Below are positions 58,825 to 64,000 of a stretch of DNA of 64,000 nucleotides, one piece after another; the first letter of the stretch is position 1, and every line of letters starts with the position of its first letter. The translations under genes and the position numbers were made by a program. The DNA is taken from the NCBI GenBank assembly GCA_016861265.1, contig BOLA01000001.1, forward strand, positions 598,229 to 662,228, read 5' to 3'. The notes under the pieces are model-generated. The model ran no database searches. It saw only the letters and a program-made list of their open reading frames with translations, and was not told where the DNA came from. The DNA comes from Patescibacteria group bacterium (GTDB taxonomy: Bacteria; Patescibacteriota; Dojkabacteria; J137).

Positions 58825-58851
58825 AAGCCCAGGCCAAGCCTGGGCTTTTCA
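58825..58851 (+). terminator. rho-independent terminator (AAAGCCCAGGC-CAA-GCCTGGGCTTT) closing the five-gene pilin-like operon
   Basis: Perfect 11-bp stem plus a T-rich tail. Confidence 0.7.
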
Positions 58852-58916
58852 TTTCTTCTTGATTAGCCTTAACCTTTAATCTATAGTGTAATAAGTATTA
58901 ATATTAATAATTTCTC

Positions 58917-59810
58917 ATGGGAAAGAATAAAAAACTCCTTTATCTGCTACTCATACTTAATCTGATTTTTGGTCACGTAGCGATTGTTAGTGCACAATTA
59001 CAGTCTTTCGATTTTTCAGGGAATAATGCTGAAAGTTATCAATGTTTTGATAAGGAAACAGGAGAGAACCTAACAGATGAAGATACTGAGCCAAGTGGTG
59101 TTAAATTAAATGTGCAAGGTCCTGATGATTTTGGTAATTTCTATTGTTGTGGGGGCACTAATTCGGGTTATACACCAGTAGGGTTAGATTGCGCTGCGGG
59201 TCAAACAAAGATCATTGCTCAACTAAAACCACCTGCGCTACAGCAAATAGAAGTTTGGTTCGTAAGAATTTTATATGCAATTTGGGGACTTGTAGCATCT
59301 CTATCTTTTCTATTTCTAGTAAAACTTGGTTATGAATATATTATCTCAAGAGGAGATCCTACCAAGATTACTGAAGTTAGAAAGAAGATTGTGAATTACA
59401 TTATTGGTTTTGCACTGGTTTTCCTGGCTGTTCCTATTTTGACTACAGTATTCCGTCTTTTAGGAATAAATACAAATGCGCAATGTTACAACGTAAATAT
59501 GCCAGGGTTTCAATTCTTTTATAGCTCTCTATGTACCGATCCTAAAGGGGTAATTGCAGCAAAATTTGCCTCCAACCCATGTACGGCATTTAATGACGGA
59601 TCAGATCCTGAAGGCATAATCTGTAAAGGAACTGGCTATGAAGGTGTTACGAGAGGTTGTGGAGTTATTAGGGGTATTTATAATATTTCATTAACTTGCG
59701 ATGTTCAAACAGGTGACACTGCAGCAACATGGTGCAAAACCAGAGAACTTACTTTGCCGCTGTTGGGACTCGTTTACTGTGATTCATCCTGTAACCCTAC
59801 AAGGTGTTAA
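58917..59810 (+). CDS. pilin-like protein paralog 6 with Cys-rich N- and C-terminal extracytoplasmic modules
   Basis: Signal. Cys-rich N-module, helix-1 (ILYAIWGLVASLSFLFLVKLGY), loop (ISRGDPTKITEVRKK), helix-2, and a C-terminal domain with about 12 Cys. Confidence 0.5.
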   Translation: MGKNKKLLYLLLILNLIFGHVAIVSAQLQSFDFSGNNAESYQCFDKETGENLTDEDTEPSGVKLNVQGPDDFGNFYCCGGTNSGYTPVGLDCAAGQTKIIAQLKPPALQQIEVWFVRILYAIWGLVASLSFLFLVKLGYEYIISRGDPTKITEVRKKIVNYIIGFALVFLAVPILTTVFRLLGINTNAQCYNVNMPGFQFFYSSLCTDPKGVIAAKFASNPCTAFNDGSDPEGIICKGTGYEGVTRGCGVIRGIYNISLTCDVQTGDTAATWCKTRELTLPLLGLVYCDSSCNPTRC

Positions 59811-59819
59811 AAGTTATAA

Positions 59820-61316
59820 ATGTTTAGATTTAAATCATTTAAAACTAACGGTTCTGTGATTAACTTTAAGGACTCAAGTCTTAGTCTGGAGTCCTTAAAC
59901 TCATTTCTTGCGAATCTAGAAAATCTATCATTAAATTCAGAAATTGAGTTTAATGTTGAAAATTTAGACGGCACAATTGCAAATTATAAGTTGATTAACG
60001 ATGGAACTATAAAGGCGTATAAAGACAATAAAAGTATTGTTGAAAATGATTTTTATAGGTTAGTCAAAAATAATTTTCATCTTGAATTGACTCCCCAAAT
60101 TATGCAGGCACGAATAGTGCAATACAATTCTCAGATAAGGGAAACGATTAGTAAATTATCTATACCAATTTCGCCTGACTTGGTAAATAAAATCGCCGAG
60201 GCAAAAAATACTATTGAATCTGTAAAAAATTCAATCGAATCCAGCCTAAGTGAGGAACAAAAAGATAAATACTCGAGGCTCACAGAGCTAAATTCAAGAT
60301 TGAATTCGATTCAGAATCAGATAGATTCTTTTCAAGGAAGTAAAAAGAGTAAAGAGGATATTACCACTAATATTAAAAAATATAATACCGATAAATCCAC
60401 TATAAAACAGATGATGGAATCTGTGGGTCTACTTATTAAAACAAGAGATGAATTAAAGCAGAAAGTGCTAAGTTATAACCATTTAATACAAGATGCTGAC
60501 AAGGTTAATCAGCTAAAACAGCAAAAAATGCAATTTCAGAATTCTCAACTCTTTACAAAATCACAGTCTGCAATTAATAGTTCCGAAGATGATTCTGCTA
60601 GCTCAAACTCAAAATTCAAACTTAAACTTAGCATAATTCCTATTTTGTTATTCCTAAATATTGCAATTTCTATTGTAGGCTTTCTTTACTCTTACGATTT
60701 TAACGTTCTAGTCGTAGCGGTAGTATCAACTGTTATCTTAATGACAGCTTATATTGTCTCTAAATTCTTTAGCGATTCATTGGAAGACCTGAATGAAGAT
60801 TCAAGTAGAGCAGAGGTAATTGATATTAAGCAAGAATCAAATCCATTGGCTAAAGAAGACCCAAATGCCCAATTATTCATAAATTCTGCCTGGGTTAATG
60901 CATTAAACAACGAACTGAATGCAGTAGAACAGAATATTCAAAAAAACCTTAATGGAAAAGACTACGAGTCAATAAAGAATGAATTACAACAAATTGAAAA
61001 TTTAATAGTGCAGGAAGAAAAGAAATTAACGGATTTATCCGCTAATTCAATTACTTCGGATGAATACTATAAAAAGAGAAGGGAGGCAGATATTCTTAAA
61101 ATAGAGCGAGAAAATCTTGAATTTGGACTTAAGATTGATTCAAGCCTAAACGACCAGAGAATATCTGCCGAAAAAACATTAAAAGAACTCTTGGACAAGC
61201 AAGCATTTGCCAGTAAGTTGTCTATGAGTTTCCCAGTATTTTTAGTAAAAACGAGTGAAATTCAGCACACAAACATTGATTTATTGAATCAGATAGTACT
61301 AGTTCTGTCCAATTAA
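59820..61316 (+). CDS. bitopic coiled-coil membrane protein (498 aa; TM near residue 280)
   Basis: Long heptad-rich N- and C-terminal regions flanking LSIIPILLFLNIAISIVGFLY...VVAVVSTVILMTAYIV. Confidence 0.45.
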   Translation: MFRFKSFKTNGSVINFKDSSLSLESLNSFLANLENLSLNSEIEFNVENLDGTIANYKLINDGTIKAYKDNKSIVENDFYRLVKNNFHLELTPQIMQARIVQYNSQIRETISKLSIPISPDLVNKIAEAKNTIESVKNSIESSLSEEQKDKYSRLTELNSRLNSIQNQIDSFQGSKKSKEDITTNIKKYNTDKSTIKQMMESVGLLIKTRDELKQKVLSYNHLIQDADKVNQLKQQKMQFQNSQLFTKSQSAINSSEDDSASSNSKFKLKLSIIPILLFLNIAISIVGFLYSYDFNVLVVAVVSTVILMTAYIVSKFFSDSLEDLNEDSSRAEVIDIKQESNPLAKEDPNAQLFINSAWVNALNNELNAVEQNIQKNLNGKDYESIKNELQQIENLIVQEEKKLTDLSANSITSDEYYKKRREADILKIERENLEFGLKIDSSLNDQRISAEKTLKELLDKQAFASKLSMSFPVFLVKTSEIQHTNIDLLNQIVLVLSN

Positions 61317-61330
61317 CGTTATAATTAGAT

Positions 61331-62107
61331 ATGTCTAATAACGCCAATGCAAGCAATAATCAGGAAACTTCAAAGAAAGAGGCGGTATTTCCACAGCCAG
61401 TTTATCCAGGAAGTATGTCAAACCCGTTTAATGGTTATTACTACTATCCCACGAACATGCAACCTCCCAAAAACAATAGAGACTATGTTTCGAAGATGAG
61501 GCTGCAGGAAGCTGATAAGATTGTACCTAAACAATCAGGGCTGCCTTGGTCCTCAATAATACTAAAGCCCAATATCGTTTTCGAAACTCAAGATGCAAAT
61601 GAGAAAGTCTATGTATTGGTAAGAGCACATTGGATAACAAATCTAGGATGGTTTCTAAGGAATTTGTTCATGGCACTTTTGCCGTTTATTGTACTATCTC
61701 TGTTAGAAAATTTTGGAATCAGAATCGATATAAGCTTTATAAGTAATAAGGCATTAACCATTGTAGGACTGTTGTATTATTCGTTTATATTTACAAGTAT
61801 TGTAAGTAACTTCATTGATTGGTATTTTGATCCCTTTATAGTTACTGACCAGCGTATAATGGACTACGACTATAAACCATTCGGTAATTACAGTGTTTCT
61901 GAAGTCTCTCTACAAGATATTCAAGATGTAAAGGAAAGATCTGCGGGGTTACTTGGTGACATTTTTAATTATGGCAATGTATACGTGTACAGTGCAAGCG
62001 ACGCATCTGAAATGATTTGCAAACATGTTCCATCTCCAACAAGAGTTAGAGATATTATTACAGATTTATCTAATGTAGCAAAAACTTATAAATATGATAG
62101 TGTCTGA
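61331..62107 (+). CDS. membrane protein with a bacterial PH-like (bPH_2/YdbS-like) domain
   Basis: Pro/Asn/Tyr-rich N-terminus, two TM helices (LFMALLPFIVLSLL; LTIVGLLYYSFIFTSIV) and a C-terminal region (DWYFDPFIVTDQRIMDYDYKPFG...) typical of the YdbS/DUF304 arrangement. Confidence 0.45.
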   Translation: MSNNANASNNQETSKKEAVFPQPVYPGSMSNPFNGYYYYPTNMQPPKNNRDYVSKMRLQEADKIVPKQSGLPWSSIILKPNIVFETQDANEKVYVLVRAHWITNLGWFLRNLFMALLPFIVLSLLENFGIRIDISFISNKALTIVGLLYYSFIFTSIVSNFIDWYFDPFIVTDQRIMDYDYKPFGNYSVSEVSLQDIQDVKERSAGLLGDIFNYGNVYVYSASDASEMICKHVPSPTRVRDIITDLSNVAKTYKYDSV

Positions 62108-62315
62108 ATTTTTTACACCAGAAATAATAGAATTTATAAAAATAATAGTCATTATTATTGGTTTGGTTCATCTTTTAGCAGGCTTTATATTAGTTTTTCA
62201 GACCTTTAGAATGAACCGAATTATTAAGACTTCAGGCTTTCCTGTATTTAACCTTATTGCAATCGCTTATATTGCAGTTCTTCTAGCTACACTTATTTTG
62301 ATAATTACAGCATAA
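62094..62315 (+). CDS. small two-helix membrane protein, 14-nt overlap with the upstream gene
   Basis: 73 aa, two hydrophobic helices. Confidence 0.3.
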   Translation: MIVSEFFTPEIIEFIKIIVIIIGLVHLLAGFILVFQTFRMNRIIKTSGFPVFNLIAIAYIAVLLATLILIITA

Positions 62316-62371
62316 TTTAGATTTTCTTTTTTGATATACTGTTAAAAAGATAGTTAATCTAATATTTTTGT

Positions 62372-64000
62372 ATGCAATTAAGAGCTGATTTTTTGGTAGG
62401 AAAACAAACCCCTAATTCCTGGTCAGGAGTTTATGGCTTTAAGCCCGATGATTCAATTGAACCACTAGAATTGTTCGCAATTATTAAACTTGCATCGCAA
62501 AGTGATGAAACGGGCCTAGAACCACTTGCGAAAATGTTCCTAGACGAACTTCAGAATTACTTATTTTCAGAGGGTAAAGAAGGTGATTACATAATTAGAT
62601 TAGAGAATGCTGTGTGGAAAATGAAGTCCAAAATGGAGGTTCTTCTATCTTCTGATGAAAGATATTCACAAAATGGTTTAGATATTGAAGTTGCGCTAAC
62701 ACTATTTGACCGAAATTTTTTATACGTAGGAGTTGTAGGCGAAAGCAAAATTTATATTCAAAGAGGAGACAGATTTGTAGAGCTATCAAAGGGTCTAACT
62801 GATGGGAATATGATGGGCTTTCTGAAGACAGGTAGCTTAGAGTTAGAACCTGGTGATAGACTAGCCTTATCCACTAGTTCGGCAGCAGTGGCCGGGGAAG
62901 CCAGTATTGAATCTGCAATAGGTAATCTAAATGTAGACAATTTATCGTCCTTATCAAATTCTGAAGGTGTAGGTATTCTTCTACTTGCCGATGAGAAAGA
63001 TACATGGGCCGAAAAAGCCTTACCAACCCAAGAAGAATTCGTAGAAGAAACTACTGCACAGGAAAATGATGGTTCTGCAAAATATATACCAATTCAAGAA
63101 GAAGATTTTGATGATACACTAGAAACACCTACCGAGGTTGTAGATGAAGGATTAGAGCTTGAGCCTCAAGAAGAGCATTTACCTGTTAATCAAGAAGATA
63201 CTCTTGCAGAAATAGAATCTGTACAGGAGCTAAATACAAATTTAGATAACCCAGAGACTCGGTCTGAATTGCCAGTAGGGAGACAATTTATAAATAACTT
63301 CAGAAACAAACTGGTGACAGGCTTTAACACTGGAAAAACACATATGGGAAATCTAAAGGTTAAAGTTCAAGAAAAAAGAAATGCCCAGGAAAATGAAGAT
63401 ACAGATAATGAACAAAATATTGAAGAAGCCTATGCGAATTCCAAATATGAACAACCTGATGCCTCTGAGCAAAATAAAGCAGTTACAATAATTAAAAATT
63501 TTATTGGCAGTATTAGAAATTTCGCTAACAGCAAGCTAATTCCTTTTTTTAAAAAAAGTAATAAGACTTATATAAAATATCTAAGAGACTTTGTTCTATT
63601 AATTGCGGGTCTACTGAAAAAACTGCTGATTTGGTTTAAAAAAGAATTTATTGGAGGTGGAGTAGACGATAGAAGGGATATTTTTGCAAAGGCTAAAAAA
63701 AGAAAAAGAAACAGGCTAATTCTTGTGGCTCTGGTTGTGGTACTGGGAGTATTAATAATTTCTGCAATAAACAATAGAAATGCGCAGCTGGCAGAAGAAG
63801 CAAGAATTGAAGAAATAAGAACTTCCGTAGATAGTTATAAATCTCAGCTTGATAATCTTGTTAAACAAGCAAACGCCAATCTGGATGACGCTAAAAAGAC
63901 AACTTTATTAGATCAGCTGGACAAATTAAATAATTCTTTAGAAGCTCAGAAGAAGGATGGTATGTATTTAGATAGTATTGCTTCGCAGCAGGACCAGATT
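62372..64000 (+). CDS. PP2C/SpoIIE-like (likely degenerate phosphatase-fold) domain protein with a single TM and an extracytoplasmic coiled-coil region; 3' end beyond the window
   Basis: Uninterrupted reading frame from ATG 62372 to the window end (over 540 codons), absent from the ORF track because no stop lies inside the window. The N-terminal domain has PP2C-like blocks (ALTLFDRNFLYVGVVGESKIYIQRGDRFVELS; GDRLALSTSSAA). An acidic linker, a TM (LILVALVVVLGVLIISAI) and then heptad repeats follow. Confidence 0.5.
   Translation, partial: MQLRADFLVGKQTPNSWSGVYGFKPDDSIEPLELFAIIKLASQSDETGLEPLAKMFLDELQNYLFSEGKEGDYIIRLENAVWKMKSKMEVLLSSDERYSQNGLDIEVALTLFDRNFLYVGVVGESKIYIQRGDRFVELSKGLTDGNMMGFLKTGSLELEPGDRLALSTSSAAVAGEASIESAIGNLNVDNLSSLSNSEGVGILLLADEKDTWAEKALPTQEEFVEETTAQENDGSAKYIPIQEEDFDDTLETPTEVVDEGLELEPQEEHLPVNQEDTLAEIESVQELNTNLDNPETRSELPVGRQFINNFRNKLVTGFNTGKTHMGNLKVKVQEKRNAQENEDTDNEQNIEEAYANSKYEQPDASEQNKAVTIIKNFIGSIRNFANSKLIPFFKKSNKTYIKYLRDFVLLIAGLLKKLLIWFKKEFIGGGVDDRRDIFAKAKKRKRNRLILVALVVVLGVLIISAINNRNAQLAEEARIEEIRTSVDSYKSQLDNLVKQANANLDDAKKTTLLDQLDKLNNSLEAQKKDGMYLDSIASQQDQI

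Overview
AT-rich (~35% GC), gene-dense bacterial window that reads cleanly with the standard genetic code. Genes lie on both strands, are separated by short intergenic regions, and many end in recognisable rho-independent hairpin terminators. Housekeeping backbone genes are clearly present: the C-terminal part of a UvrD/PcrA helicase, trmD, rpsO, a division block ftsQ(divIB)-ftsA-ftsZ, rpoD, rny (RNase Y), parB-parA, lepB, ileS, fmt, lexA, a dsbB-like gene, mltG, ruvX/yqgF, comFC, yidC, rplY/ctc, groES-groEL, two tRNAs (Pro-TGG, Asn-GTT) and what I interpret as an unannotated tmRNA (ssrA). Sortase, RNase Y, DivIB, Ctc-type L25, many small secreted or bitopic proteins, a giant surface protein and tandem pilin-like paralogs suggest a monoderm, reduced-genome lineage, possibly Patescibacteria/CPR-like; this is an inference, not something I can prove from the sequence. 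Accessory content is concentrated in five places. (i) 13.7-20.4 kb: a HEPN-nucleotidyltransferase fusion, a tail-fibre-like protein, an M23 peptidase and a CHAP hydrolase. (ii) 31.3-38.8 kb: a 1658-aa LamG/FN3 surface protein, a MacB-type ABC exporter and a 36-aa peptide ORF. (iii) 45.6-51.1 kb: a Lon-like AAA+ lacking both the Lon N-domain and the protease domain, a second FtsA/PilM-like actin-fold ATPase and a 714-aa bitopic protein. (iv) 53.4-64 kb: a membrane-anchored ClpA/ClpC-like double AAA+ ATPase followed by six tandem VirB2/TrbC-like pilin-type paralogs, then coiled-coil bitopic proteins, a bacterial PH-domain protein, and a PP2C-like membrane protein whose ORF runs off the window end. 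(v) A PIN toxin with an unusual acidic partner, under a near-consensus sigma-70 promoter. No CRISPR array, rRNA, transposase or integrase was seen.
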